64,000 nucleotides of DNA from Eledone cirrhosa (taxonomy: Eukaryota): assembly GCA_964016885.1 (NCBI GenBank), contig OZ024756.1, positions 42,718,001 to 42,782,000 of the forward strand. Reading direction: 5' to 3'. The notes beneath the pieces are model-generated. The model was given only the letters and a program-made list of their open reading frames with translations, was not told the DNA's origin and did no database searches. The translations under genes were made by a program, and so were the position numbers. Positions 39,001-57,000 of the stretch are shown here, piece after piece (position 1 is the stretch's first letter; each line of letters opens with the position of its first letter).

Positions 39001-42000
39001 ACATTGAACACACACACTAGAGACAGACATTGCACACACACTAGAGACAGACGTTGGATACACACTAGAGACAGACATTGGAGACACTAGAGACAGACAT
39101 TGGGCACACACTAGAGACTGACATTGGACACACACTAGAGACAGACATTGGAGACACTAGAGACAGACATCGGACACACACACTAGTGACAGACATTGGA
39201 CACACACTAGAGACAGACATTGGACACACACTAGAGACAGACATTGGACACACACTAGAGACAGACATTGGACACACTAGAGACAGACATTCGACACACA
39301 CTAGAGACAGACATTGGACACACACTAGAGACTGACATTGCACACACACTAGAGACAGACATTGGAGAAACTAGAGACAGACATTGGACACACACACTAG
39401 TGACAGACATTGGACATACTCTAGAGACAGACATTGGACACACACACTAGAGACAGACATTGGACACACACTAGAGACAGACATTGGACACACTAGAGAC
39501 AGACATTGGGCACACACTAGAGACAGATATTGGAGACACTAGAGACAGACATTGGACACACACACTAGTGACAGACATTGGACACACACTAGAGACAGAC
39601 ATTGGACACACTCTAGAGACAGACATTGGACACACTAGAGACAGACATTGGACACACACTAGAGACAGACATTGGACACACACTAGAGACTGACATTGGA
39701 CACACACTAGAGACAGACATTGGAGACACTAGAGACAGACATTGGACACACTAGAGACAGACATTGGGCAAACACTAGAGACTGACATTGGACACACACT
39801 AGAGACAGACATTGGAGACACTAGAGACAGACATTGGACACACACACTAGTGACAGACATTGGACACACACTAGAGACATACATTAGACACACACTAGAG
39901 ACAGACATTGGACACACACTAGAGACAGACATTGGACACACTAGAGACAGACATTGGACACACACTAGAGACAGACATTGGACACACACTAGAGACAGAC
40001 ATTGGACACACACTAGAGACAGACATTGGACACACTAGAGACAGACATTGGACACACACTAGAGACAGACATTGGACACACACTAGAGACAGACATTGGA
40101 CACACATTAGAGACAGAGATTAGACACACACTAGAGACAGACATTGGACACACACTAGAGACAGACATTGGACACACACTAGAGACAGACATTGGACACA
40201 CACCATAGTCAGACATTGGACACACACACTAGAGAAAGACATTGGACACACAATAGAGACAGACATTAGACACACACCAGAGACAGACATTGGACACACA
40301 CTAGAGACAGACATTGTGCACACACCAAAGACAGACATTGGGCACACACTAGAGACAGACATTGGACACACACTAGAGACAGACATTGGGCACACACTAG
40401 AGACAGACATTGGACACACACTAGAGAAAAACATTTGACACACACTAGAGACAGACGTTGGACACACACACTAGAGACAGACATTGGACACACACTAGAG
40501 ACAGACATTGGACACACTAGAGACAGACATTGGACACACACACTAGAGACAGACACTAGACACACACTAGAGACAGACATTGGACACACACACAAGGGAC
40601 AGTCATTGGAGACACACTAGATAGAGACATTGGAGACACTAGAGACAGACATTGGACACACTAGAGACAGACATTGGGCACACACTAGAGACTGACATTG
40701 GACACACACTAGAGACAGACATTGGAGACACTAGAGACAGACATTGGACACACACACTAGTGACAGACATTGGACACACACTAGAGACAGACATTGGACA
40801 CACACTAGAGACAGACATTGGACACAAACTAGAGACAGACATTGGACACACACTAGATACAGACATTGGACACACACCAGAGACAGACATTGGACACACA
40901 CTAGAGACAGACATTGGAGACACACTAGAAAGAGACATTGGACTTACACTAGAGACAGACATTGGAGACACACTAGAGACAGACATTGGACACACACTAT
41001 AGACAGACATTGGACACACACTAGAGACAGACATTGGACACACACTAGATACAGACATTGGACACACACCAGAGACAGACGTTGGACACACACTAGAGAC
41101 AGACATTGGAGACACACTAGAGACAGACATTGGACACACACTAGAGACAGACATTGGACACACACTAGAGACAGACATTGGACACACACTAGAGACAGAC
41201 ATTGGACACACATTAGAGACAGACATTGGACACACATTAGAGACAGACATAGGACACACACTAGAGACAGACATTGGACACACTAGAGACAGACATTGGA
41301 CACACTAGAGACAGACATTGGTCACACACTAGAGACAGACATTGGACACACACTAGAGACAGACATTAGACACACACTAGAGACAGACATTGGACACACA
41401 TTAGGGACAGACATTGGATACACACTAGAGACAGACATTGGACACACATTAGAGACAGACATTGGACACACACTAGAGACAGACATTGGACACACACTAG
41501 AGACAGACATTGGACACACACCAGAGACAGACATTGGACACACACTAGAGACAGACATTGGACACACACCAGAGACAGACATTGGACACACACTAGAGAC
41601 AGACATTGGACACACACTAGAGACAGACATTGGACACACACCAGAGACAGACATTGGACACACACTAGAGACAGACATTGGACACACACACTAGAGACTG
41701 ACATTGGACACACACTAGAGACAGACATTGGAGACACTAGAGACAGACATTGGACACACACACTAGTGACAGACATTGGACACACACTAGAGACAGACAT
41801 TGGACACACACTAGAGACAGACATTGGACACACTAGAGACAGACTTTGGACACACACTAGAGACAGACATTGGACACACACTAGAGACAGACATTGGACA
41901 CACATTAGAGACAGAGATTAGACACACACTAGAGACAGACATTGGACACACACTAGAGACAGACATTGGACACACACTAGAGACAGACATTGGACACACA

Positions 42001-45000
42001 CCATAGTCAGACATTGGACACACACACTAGAGAAAGACATTGGACACACAATAGAGACAGACATTAGACACACACCAGAGACAGACATTGGACACACACT
42101 AGAGACAGACATTGGACACACACCAGAGACAGACATTGGTCACACACTAGAGACAGACATTGGACACACATTAGAAACAGACATTGGACACACACTAGAG
42201 ACAGACATTGGACACACACTAGAGAAAAACATTTGACACACACTAGAGACAGACGTTGGACACACACACTAGAGACAGACATTGGACACACACTAGAGAC
42301 AGACATTGGACACACTAGAGACAGACATTGGACACACACATTAGAGACAGACATTGAACACACACACTAGAGACAGACATTGCTCACACACTAGAGACAG
42401 ACGTTGGATACACACTAGAGACAGACATTGGAGACACTAGAGACAGACATTGGACACACACACTAGTCACAGGCATTGGACACACACTAGAGACAGACAT
42501 TGGACACGCACTAGAGACAGACATTGGACACACACTAGAGACAGACATTGGACACACTAGAGACAGACATTGGACACACACTAGAGACAGACATTGGAGA
42601 CACTAGAGACAGACATTGGACACACACACTAGTGACAGACATTGAACACACACACTAGAGACAGACATTGGACACACACTAGAGACAGACGTTGGATACA
42701 CACTAGAGACAGACATTGGAGACACTAGAGACAGACATTGGACACACACACTAGTGACAGGCATTGGACACACACTAGAGACAGACATTGGACACACACT
42801 AGAGACAGACATTGGACACACACTAGAGACAGACATTGGACACACTAGAGACAGACATTGGACACACACTAGAGACAGACATTGGAGACACTAGAGACAG
42901 ACATTGGACACACACACTAGTGACAGACATTGGACACACACTAGAGACAGACACTGGACACACACTAGAGACAGACATTGGACACACACTAGAGACAGAC
43001 ATTGGACACACTAGAGACAGACATTGGACACACACTAGAGACAGACATTGGACACACACTAGAGACAGACATTGGACACACATTAGAGACAGAGATTAGA
43101 CACACACTAGAGACAGACATTGGAAACACACTAGAGACAGACATTGGACACACACTAGAGACAGAAATTGGACACACACCATAGTCAGACATTGGACACA
43201 CATTAGAGACAGACATTGGACACACACTAGAGACAGACATTGGACACACACATTAGAGACAGACATTGGACACACACACTAGAGACAGACATTGGACACA
43301 CACTAGAGACAGACGTTGGATACACACTAGAGACAGACATTGGACACACTAGAGACAGACATTGGGCACACACTAGAGACTGACATTGGACACACACTAG
43401 AGACAGACATTGGAGACACTAGAGACAGACATTGGACACACACACTAGTGACAGACATTGGACACACACTAGAGACAGACATTGGACACACACTAGAGAC
43501 AGACATTGGACACACACTAGAGACAGACATTGGACACACTAGAGACAGACATTCGACACACACTAGAGACAGACATTGGACACACACTAGAGACTGACAT
43601 TGGACACACACTAGAGACAGACATTGGAGAAACTAGAGACAGACATTGGACACACACACTAGTGACAGACATTGGACATACACTAGAGACAGACATTGGA
43701 CACACACACTAGAGACAGACATTGGACACACACTAGAGACAGACATTGGACACACTAGAGACAGACATTGGGCACACACTAGAGACAGATATTGGAGACA
43801 CTAGAGACAGACATTGGACACACACACTAGTGACAGACATTGGACACACACTAGAGACAGACATTGGACACACTCTAGAGACAGACATTGGACACACTAG
43901 AGACAGACATTGGACACACACTAGAGACAGACATTGGACACACACTAGAGACTGACATTGGACACACACTAGAGACAGACATTGGAGACACTAGAGACAG
44001 ACATTGGACACACTAGAGACAGACATTGGGCAAACACTAGAGACTGACATTGGACACACACTAGAGACAGACATTGGAGACACTAGAGACAGACATTGGA
44101 CACACACACTAGTGACAGACATTGGACACACACTAGAGACATACATTAGACACACACTAGAGACAGACATTGGACACACACTAGAGACAGACATTGGACA
44201 CACTAGAGACAGACATTGGACACACACTAGAGACAGACATTGGACACACACTAGAGACAGACATTGGACACACACTAGAGACAGACATTGGACACACTAG
44301 AGACAGACATTGGACACACACTAGAGACAGACATTGGACACACACTAGAGACAGACATTGGACACACATTAGAGACAGAGATTAGACACACACTAGAGAC
44401 AGACATTGGACACACACTAGAGACAGACATTGGACACACACTAGAGACAGACATTGGACACACACCATAGTCAGACATTGGACACACACACTAGAGAAAG
44501 ACATTGGACACACAATAGAGACAGACATTAGACACACACCAGAGACAGACATTGGACACACACTAGAGACAGACATTGTGCACACACCAAAGACAGACAT
44601 TGGGCACACACTAGAGACAGACATTGGACACACACTAGAGACAGACATTGGGCACACACTAGAGACAGACATTGGACACACACTAGAGAAAAACATTTGA
44701 CACACACTAGAGACAGACGTTGGACACACACACTAGAGACAGACATTGGACACACACTAGAGACAGACATTGGACACACTAGAGACAGACATTGGACACA
44801 CACACTAGAGACAGACACTAGACACACACTAGAGACAGACATTGGACACACACACAAGGGACAGTCATTGGAGACACACTAGATAGAGACATTGGAGACA
44901 CTAGAGACAGACATTGGACACACACACTAGTGACAGACATTGGACACACACTAGAGACAGACATTGGACACATACTAGAGACAGACATTGGACACAAACT

Positions 45001-48000
45001 AGAGACAGACATTGGACACACACTAGATACAGACATTGGACACACACCAGAGACAGACATTGGACACACACTAGAGACAGACATTGGAGACACACTAGAA
45101 AGAGACATTGGACTTAGACTAGAGACAGACATTGGAGACACACTAGAGACAGACATTGGACACACACTATAGACAGACATTTGACACACACTAGAGACAG
45201 ACATTGGACACACACTAGATACAGACATTGGACACACACCAGAGACAGACGTTGGACACACACTAGAGACAGACATTGGAGACACACTAGAGACAGACAT
45301 TGGACACACACTAGAGACAGACATTGGACACACACTAGAGACAGATATTGGACACACACTAGAGACAGACATTGGACACACATTAGAGACAGACATTGGA
45401 CACACATTAGAGACAGACATAGGACACACACTAGAGACAGACATTGGACACACTAGAGACAGACATTGGACACACTAGAGACAGACATTGGTCACACACT
45501 AGAGACAGACATTGGACACACACTAGAGACAGACATTAGACACACACTAGAGACAGACATTGGACACACACTAGGGACAGACATTGGATACACACTAGAG
45601 ACAGACATTGGACACACATTAGAGACAGACATTGGACACACACTAGAGACAGACATTGGACACACACTAGAGACAGACATTGGACACACACCAGAGACAG
45701 ACATTGGACACACACTAGAGACAGACATTGGACACACACCAGAGACAGACATTGGACACACACTAGAGACAGACATTGGACACACACTAGAGACAGACAT
45801 TGGACACACACCAGAGACAGACATTGGACACACACTAGAGACAGACATTGGACACACACACTAGAGACTGACATTGGACACACACTAGAGACAGACATTG
45901 GAGACACTAGAGACAGACATTGGACACACACACTAGTGACAGACATTGGACACACACTAGAGACAGACATTGGACACACACTAGAGACAGACATTGGACA
46001 CACTAGAGACAGACTTTGGACACACACTAGAGACAGACATTGGACACACACTAGAGACAGACATTGGACACACATTAGAGACAGAGATTAGACACACACT
46101 AGAGACAGACATTGGACACACACTAGAGACAGACATTGGACACACACTAGAGACAGACATTGGACACACACCATAGTCAGACATTGGACACACACACTAG
46201 AGAAAGATATTGGACACACAATAGAGACAGACATTAGACACACACCAGAGACAGACATTGGACACACACTAGAGACAGACATTGGACACACACCAGAGAC
46301 AGACATTGGTCACACACTAGAGACAGACATTGGACACACATTAGAAACAGACATTGGACACACACTAGAGACAGACATTGGACACACACTAGAGAAAAAC
46401 ATTTGACACACACTAGAGACAGACGTTGGACACACACACTAGAGACAGACATTGGACACACACTAGAGACAGACATTGGACACACTAGAGACAGACTTTG
46501 GACACACACATTAGAGACAGACATTGAACACACACACTAGAGACAGACATTGCACACACACTAGAGACAGACGTTGGATACACACTAGAGACAGACATTG
46601 GAGACACTAGAGACAGACATTGGACACACACACTAGTCACAGGCATTGGACACACACTAGAGACAGACATTGGACACACACTAGAGACACATTGGACACA
46701 CACTAGAGACAGACATTGGACACACTAGAGACAGACATTGGACACACACTAGAGACAGACATTGGAGACACTAGAGACAGACATTGGACACACACACTAG
46801 TGACAGACATTGGACACACACTAGAGACAGACACTGGACACACACTAGAGACAGACATTGGACACACACACTAGTGACAGACATTGGACACACACTAGAG
46901 ACAGACACTGGACACACACTAGAGACAGACATTGGACACACTAGAGACAGACATTGGACACACACTAGAGACAGACATTGGACACACACTAGAGACAGAC
47001 ATTGGACACACATTAGAGACAGAGATTAGACACACACTAGAGACAGACATTGGAAACACACTAGAGACAGACATTGGACACACACTAGAGACAGAAATTG
47101 GACACACACCATAGTCAGACATTGGACACACATTAGAGACAGACATTGGACACACTAGAGACAGACATTGGACACACACTAGAGACAGACATTGGACACA
47201 CACATTAGAGACAGACATTGGACACACACACTAGAGACAGACATTGGACACACACTAGAGACAGACGTTGGATACACACTAGAGACAGACATTGGACACA
47301 CTAGAGACAGACATTGGGCACACACTAGAGACTGACATTGGACACACACTAGAGACAGACATTGGAGACACTAGAGACAGACATTGGACACACACACTAG
47401 TGACAGACATTGGACACACACTAGAGACAGACATTGGACACACACTAGAGACAGACATTGGACACACACTAGAGACAGACATTGGACACACTAGAAACAG
47501 ACATTCGACACACACTAGAGACAGACATTGGACACACACTAGAGACTGACATTGGACACACACACTAGTGACAGACATTGGACACACACTAGAGACAGAC
47601 ATTGGACACACTCTAGAGACAGACATTGGACACACTAGAGACAGACATTGGACACACACTAGAGACAGACATTGGACACACACTAGAGACTGACATTGGA
47701 CACACACTAGAGACAGACATTGGAGACACTAGAGACAGACATTGGACACACTAGAGACAGACATTGGGCAAACACTAGAGACAGACATTGGACACACACT
47801 AGAGACAGACATTGGAGACACTAGAGACAGACATTGGACACACACACTAGTGACAGACATTGGACACACACTAGAGACAGACATTGGACACACACTAGAG
47901 ACAGACATTGGACACAAACTAGAGACAGACATTAGACACACACTAGAGACAGACATTAGACACACACTAGAGACAGACATTGGACACACACTAGAGACAG

Positions 48001-51000
48001 ACATTGGACACATTAGAGACAGACATTGGACACACACTAGAGACAGACATTGGACACACACTAGAGACAGACATTGGACACACACTAGAGACAGACATTG
48101 GACACACACTAGAGACAGACATTGGACACACTAGAGACAGACATTGGACACACACTAGAGACAGACATTGGACACACACTAGAGACAGACATTGGACACA
48201 CATTAGAGACAGAGATTAGACACACACTAGAGACAGACATTGGACACACACTAGAGACAGACATTGGACACACACTAGAGACAGACATTGGACACACACC
48301 ATAGTCAGACATTGGACACACACACTAGAGAAAGACATTGGACACACAATAGAGACAGACGTTAGACACACACCAGAGACAGACATTGTGCACACACCAA
48401 AGACAGACATTGGGCACACACTAGAGACAGACATTGGACACACACTAGAGACAGACATTGGGCACACACTAGAGACAGACATTGGACACACACTAGAGAA
48501 AAACATTTGACACACACTAGAGACAGACGTTGGACACACACACTAGAGACAGACATTGGACACACACTAGAGACAGACATTGGACACACTAGAGACAGAC
48601 ATTGGACACACACACTAGAGACAGACACTAGACACACACTAGAGACAGACATTGGACACACACCATAGTCAGACATTGGACACACACACTAGAGAAAGAC
48701 ATTGGACACACAATAGAGACAGACATTAGACACACACCAGAGACAGACATTGGACACTCACTAGAGACAGACATTGTGCACACACCAAAGACAGACATTG
48801 GGCACACACTAGAGACAGACATTGGACACACACTAGAGACAGACATTGGGCACACACTAGAGACAGACATTGGACATACGCTAGAGACAGACATTGGACA
48901 CACTAGATACAGACATTGGACACACACACTAGAGACAGACACTAGACACACACTAGAGACAGACATTGGACACACACACAAGGGACATTCATTGGAGACA
49001 CACTAGATAGAGACATTGGACATACACTAGAGACAGACATTGGACACACACTAGATACAGACATTGGACACACACTAGATACAGACATTGGACACACACC
49101 AGAGACAGACATTGGACACACACTAGAGACAGACATTGGAGACACACTAGAGACAGACATTGGACACACACTAGAGACAGACATTGGACACACACGAGAG
49201 ACAGACATTGGACACACACCAGAGACAGACATTGGACACACACTAGAGACAGACATTGGACACACACTAGAGACAGACATTGGACACACACCAGAGACAG
49301 ACATTGGACACACACTAGTGACAGACATTGGACACACACCAGAGACAGACATTGGACACACACCAGAGACAGACATTGGACACACACCAGAGACAGACAT
49401 TGGACACACACTAGAGACAGACATTGGACACACACTAGAGACAGACATTGGACACACACGAGAGACAGACATTGGACACACACCAGAGACAGACATTGGA
49501 CACACACTAGAGACAGACATTGGACACACACTAGAGACAGACATTGGACACACACCAGAGACAGACATTGGACACACACTAGAGACAGACATTGGACACA
49601 CACCAGAGACAGACATTGGACACACACCAGAGACAGACATTGGACACACACCAGAGACAGACATTGGACACACACTAGAGACAGAGATTGGACACACACC
49701 AGAGACAGACATTGGACACACACTAGAGACAGACATTGGACACACACTAGAGACAGACATTGGACACACACTAGAGACAGACATTGGACACACACTAGAG
49801 ACAGACATTGGACACACACCAGAGACAGACATTGGACACACACCAGAGACAGACATTGGACACACACTAGAGACAGACATTGGAGACACACTAGAAAGAG
49901 ACATTGGACTTACACTAGAGACAGACATTGGAGACACACTAGAGACAGACATTGGACACACACTATAGACAGACATTGGACACACACTAGAGACAGACAT
50001 TGGACACACACTAGAGACAGACATTGGACACACACCAGAGACAGACATTGGACACACACCAGAGACAGACATTGGACACACACTAGAGACAGACATTGGA
50101 CACACACCAGAGACAGACATTGGACACACACTAGAGACAGACATTGGACACACACTAGAGACAGACATTGGACACACACTAGAGACAGACATTGGACACA
50201 CACTAGAGACAGACATTGGACACACACCAGAGACAGACATTGGACACACACCAGAGACAGACATTGGACACACACTAGAGACAGACATTGTACACACACT
50301 AGAGACAGACATTGGACACACACTAGAGACAGACATTGGACACACACTAGAAACAGACATTGGACACACACCAGAGACAGACATTGGACACACACCAGAG
50401 ACAGACATTGGACACACACCAGAGACAGACATTGGACACACACTAGAGACAGACATTGGACACACACCAGAGACAGACATTGGACACACACTAGAGACAG
50501 ACATTGGACACACACCAGAGACAGACATTGGACACACACCAGAGACAGACATTGGACACACACCAGAGACAGACATTGGACACACACTAGAGACAGACAT
50601 TGGACACACACCAGAGACAGACATTGGACACACACTAGAGACAGACATTGGACACACACTAGAGACAGACATTGGACACACACTAGAGACAGACATTGGA
50701 CACACACTAGAGACAGACATTGGACACACACCAGAGACAGACATTGGACACAAACCAGAGACAGACATTGGACACACACCAGAGACAGACATTGGACACA
50801 CACTAGAGACAGACATTGGACACACACCAGAGACAGACATTGGACACACACCAGAGACAGACATTGGCCACACACTAGAGACAGACATTGGACACACACT
50901 AGAGACAGACATTGGACACACACTAGAGACAGACATTGGACACACACCATAGTCAGACATTGGACACACACACTAGAGAAAGACATTGGACACACAATAG

Positions 51001-54000
51001 AGACAGACATTAGACACACACCAGAGACAGACATTGGACACACACTAGAGACAGACATTGTGCACACACCAAAGACAGACATTGGGCACACACTAGAGAC
51101 AGACATTGGACACACACTAGAGACAGACATTGGGCACACACTAGAGACAGACATTGGACACACGCTAGAGACAGACATTGGACACACTAGATACAGACAT
51201 TGGACACACACACTAGAGACAGACACTAGACACACACTAGAGACAGACATTGGACACACACACAAGGGACATTCATTGGAGACACACTAGATAGAGACAT
51301 TGGACATACACTAGAGACAGACATTGGACACACACTAGATACAGACATTGGACACACACTAGATACAGACATTGGACACACACCAGAGACAGACATTGGA
51401 CACACACTAGAGACAGACATTGGACACACACCAGAGACAGACATTGGACACACACCAGAGACAGACATTGGACACACACTAGAGACAGACATTGGACACA
51501 CACTAGAGACAGACATTGGAGACACACTAGAGACAGACATTGGAGACACACTAGAGACAGACATTGGACACACACTAGAGGCAGACATTGGACACACACC
51601 AGAGACAGATATTGGACACACACCAGAGACAGACATTGGACACACACTAGAGACAGACATTGGACACACACTAGAGACAGACATTGGACAAACACCAGAG
51701 ACAAAAATTGGACACACACTAGAGACAGACATTGGACACACTAGAGACAGATATTGGACACACTAGAGACAGACATTGGTCACACACTAGAGACAGACAT
51801 TGGACACACACTAGAGACAGACATTAGACACACACTAGAGACAGACATTGGACACACACTAGAGACAGACATTGGACACACATTAGAGACAGACGTTGGA
51901 CACACACTAGAGACAGACATTGGACACACACTAGAGACAGACATTGGACACACTAGAGACAGACATTGGACACACTAGAGACAGACATTGGACATACACA
52001 CTAGTGACAAACATTGGACACACACTAGAAACAGACATTGGACACACACCAGAGACAGACATTGGACACACACCAGAGACAGACATTGGACACACGCTAG
52101 AGACAGACATTGGACACACACTAGAGACAGACATTGGACACACACCAGAGACAGACATTGGACACACACTAGAGACAGACATTGGAGACACTAGAGACAG
52201 ACATTGGGCACACACTAGAGACTGACATTGGACACACACTAGAGACAGACATTGGAGACACTAGAGACAGACATTGGACACACACACTAGTGACAGACAT
52301 TGGACACACACTAGAGACAGACATTAGACACACACTAGAGACAGACATTGGACACACACTAGAGACAGACATTGGACACACTAGAGACAGACATTGGACA
52401 CACACTAGAGACAGACATTGGACACACACTAGAGACAGACATTGGACACACACTAGAGACAGACATTGGACACACTAGAGACAGACATTGGACACACACT
52501 AGAGACAGACATTGGACACACACCAGAGACAGACATTGGACACACACTAGAGACAGACATTGGACACACACTAGAGACAGACATTGGACACACACTAGAG
52601 ACAGACATTGGACACACACTAGAGACAGACATTGGACACACACCAGAGACAGACATTGGACACACACCAGAGACAGACATTGGACACACACTAGAGACAG
52701 ACATTGGAGACACACTAGAAAGAGACATTGGACTTACACTAGAGACAGACATTGGAGACACACTAGAGACAGACATTGGACACACACTATAGACAGACAT
52801 TGGACACACACTAGAGACAGACATTGGACACACACTAGAGACAGACATTGGACACACACCAGAGACAGACATTGGACACACACTAGAGACAGACATTGGA
52901 CACACACCAGAGACAGACATTGGACACACACCAGAGACAGACATTGGACACACACTAGAGACAGACATTGGACACACACCAGAGACAGACATTGGACACA
53001 CACTAGAGACAGACATTGGACACACACTAGAGACAGACATTGGACACACACTAGAGACAGACATTGGACACACACTAGAGACAGACATTGGACACACACC
53101 AGAGACAGACATTGGACACACACCAGAGACAGACATTGGACACACACTAGAGACAGACATTGTACACACACTAGAGACAGACATTGGACACACACTAGAG
53201 ACAAACATTGGACACACACTAGAAACAGACATTGGACACACACCAGAGACAGACATTGGACACACACCAGAGACAGACATTGGACACACACCAGAGACAG
53301 ACATTGGACACACACTAGAGACAGACATTGGACACACACCAGAGACAGACATTGGACACACACTAGAGACAGACATTGGACACACACCAGAGACAGACAT
53401 TGGACACACACCAGAGACAGACATTGGACACACACCAGAGACAGACATTGGACACACACTAGAGACAGACATTGGACACACACCAGAGACAGACATTGGA
53501 CACACACTAGAGACAGACATTGGACACACACTAGAGACAGACATTGGACACACACTAGAGACAGACATTGGACACACACTAGAGACAGACATTGGACACA
53601 CACCAGAGACAGACATTGGACACAAACCAGAGACAGACATTGGACACACACCAGAGACAGACATTGGACACACACTAGAGACAGACATTGGACACACACC
53701 AGAGACAGACATTGGACACACACCAGAGACAGACATTGGCCACACACTAGAGACAGACATTGGACACACACTAGAGACAGACATTGGACACACACTAGAG
53801 ACAGACATTGGACACACACCATAGTCAGACATTGGACACACACACTAGAGAAAGACATTGGACACACAATAGAGACAGACATTAGACACACACCAGAGAC
53901 AGACATTGGACACACACTAGAGACAGACATTGTGCACACACCAAAGACAGACATTGGGCACACACTAGAGACAGACATTGGACACACACTAGAGACAGAC

Positions 54001-57000
54001 ATTGGGCACACACTAGAGACAGACATTGGACACACGCTAGAGACAGACATTGGACACACTAGATACAGACATTGGACACACACACTAGAGACAGACACTA
54101 GACACACACTAGAGACAGACATTGGACACACACACAAGGGACATTCATTGGAGACACACTAGATAGAGACATTGGACATACACTAGAGACAGACATTGGA
54201 CACACACTAGATACAGACATTGGACACACACTAGATACAGACATTGGACACACACCAGAGACAGACATTGGACACACACTAGAGACAGACATTGGACACA
54301 CACCAGAGACAGACATTGGACACACACCAGAGACAGACATTGGACACACACTAGAGACAGACATTGGACACACACTAGAGACAGACATTGGAGACACACT
54401 AGAGACAGACATTGGAGACACACTAGAGACAGACATTGGACACACACTAGAGGCAGACATTGGACACACACCAGAGACAGATATTGGACACACACCAGAG
54501 ACAGACATTGGACACACACTAGAGACAGACATTGGACACACACTAGAGACAGACATTGGACAAACACCAGAGACAAAAATTGGACACACACTAGAGACAG
54601 ACATTGGACACACTAGAGACAGATATTGGACACACTAGAGACAGACATTGGTCACACACTAGAGACAGACATTGGACACACACTAGAGACAGACATTAGA
54701 CACACACTAGAGACAGACATTGGACACACACCAGAGACAGACATTGGACACACACCAGAGACAGACATTGGACACACACTAGAGACAGACATTGGACACA
54801 CACTAGAGACAGACATTGGAGACACACTAGAGACAGACATTGGAGACACACTAGAGACAGACATTGGACACACACTAGAGGCAGACATTGGACACACACC
54901 AGAGACAGATATTGGACACACACCAGAGACAGACATTGGACACACACTAGAGACAGACATTGGACACACACTAGAGACAGACATTGGACAAACACCAGAG
55001 ACAAAAATTGGACACACACTAGAGACAGACATTGGACACACTAGAGACAGATATTGGACACACTAGAGACAGACATTGGTCACACACTAGAGACAGACAT
55101 TGGACACACACTAGAGACAGACATTAGACACACACTAGAGACAGACATTGGACACACACTAGAGACAGACATTGGACACACATTAGAGACAGACGTTGGA
55201 CACACACTAGAGACAGACATTGGACACACACTAGAGACAGACATTGGACACACTAGAGACAGACATTGGACACACTAGAGACAGACATTGGACATACACA
55301 CTAGTGACAAACATTGGACACACACTAGAAACAGACATTGGACACACACCAGAGACAGACATTGGACACACACCAGAGACAGACATTGGACACACGCTAG
55401 AGACAGACATTGGACACACACTAGAGACAGACATTGGACACACACCAGAGACAGACATTGGACACACACTAGAGACAGACATTGGAGACACTAGAGACAG
55501 ACATTGGGCACACACTAGAGACTGACATTGGACACACACTAGAGACAGACATTGGAGACACTAGAGACAGACATTGGACACACACACTAGTGACTGACAT
55601 TGGACACACACTAGAGACAGACATTAGACACACACTAGAGACAGACATTGGACACACACTAGAGACAGACATTGGACACACTAGAGACAGACATTGGACA
55701 CACACTAGAGACAGACATTGGACACACACTAGAGACAGACATTGGACACACACTAGAGACAGACATTGGACACACTAGAGACAGACATTGGACACACACT
55801 AGAGACAGACATTGGACACACACTAGAGACAGACATTGGACACACATTAGAGACAGAGATTAGACACACACTAGAGACAGACATTGGACACACACTAGAG
55901 ACAGACATTGGACACACACTAGAGACAGACATTGGACACACACCATAGTCAGACATTGGACACACACACTAGAGAAAGACATTGGACACACAATGGAGAC
56001 AGACATTAGACACACACCAGAGACAGACATTGGACACACACTAGAGACAGACATTGTGCACACACCAAAGACAGACATTGGGCACACACTAGTGACAGAC
56101 ATTGGACACACACTAGAGACAGACATTGGGCACACACTAGAGACAGACATTGGACACACACTAGAGAAAAACATTTGACACACACTAGAGACAGACGTTG
56201 GACACACACACTAGAGACAGACATTGGACACACACTAGAGACAGACATTGGACACACTAGAGACAGACATTGGACACACACACTAGAGACAGACACTAGA
56301 CACACACTAGAGACAGACATTGGACACACACTCACAAGGGACAGCCATTGGAGACACACTAGATAGAGACATTGGACATACACTAGAGACAGACATTGGA
56401 CACACACTAGATACAGACATTGGACACACACTAGATACAGACATTGGACACACACCAGAGACAGACATTGGACACACACCAGAGACAGACATTGGACACA
56501 CACCAGAGACAGACATTGGACACACACTAGAGACAGACATTGGACACACACTAGAGACAGACATTGGAGACACACTAGAGACAGACATTGGAGACACACT
56601 AGAGACAGACATTGGACACACACTAGAGACAGACATTGGACACACACCAGAGACAGACATTGGACACACACCAGAGACAGACATTGGACACACACTAGAG
56701 ACAGACATTGGACACACACTAGAGACAGACATTGGACAAACACCAGAGACAAACATTGGACACACACTAGAGACAGACATTGGACACACTAGAGACAGAC
56801 ATTGGACACACTAGAGACAGACATTGGACACACACTAGAGACAGACATTGGGCACACACTAGAGACAGACATTGGACACACACTAGAGAAAAACATTTGA
56901 CACACACTAGAGACAGACGTTGGACACACACACTAGAGACAGACATTGGACACACTAGAGACAGACATTGGACACACACACTAGAGACAGACACTAGACA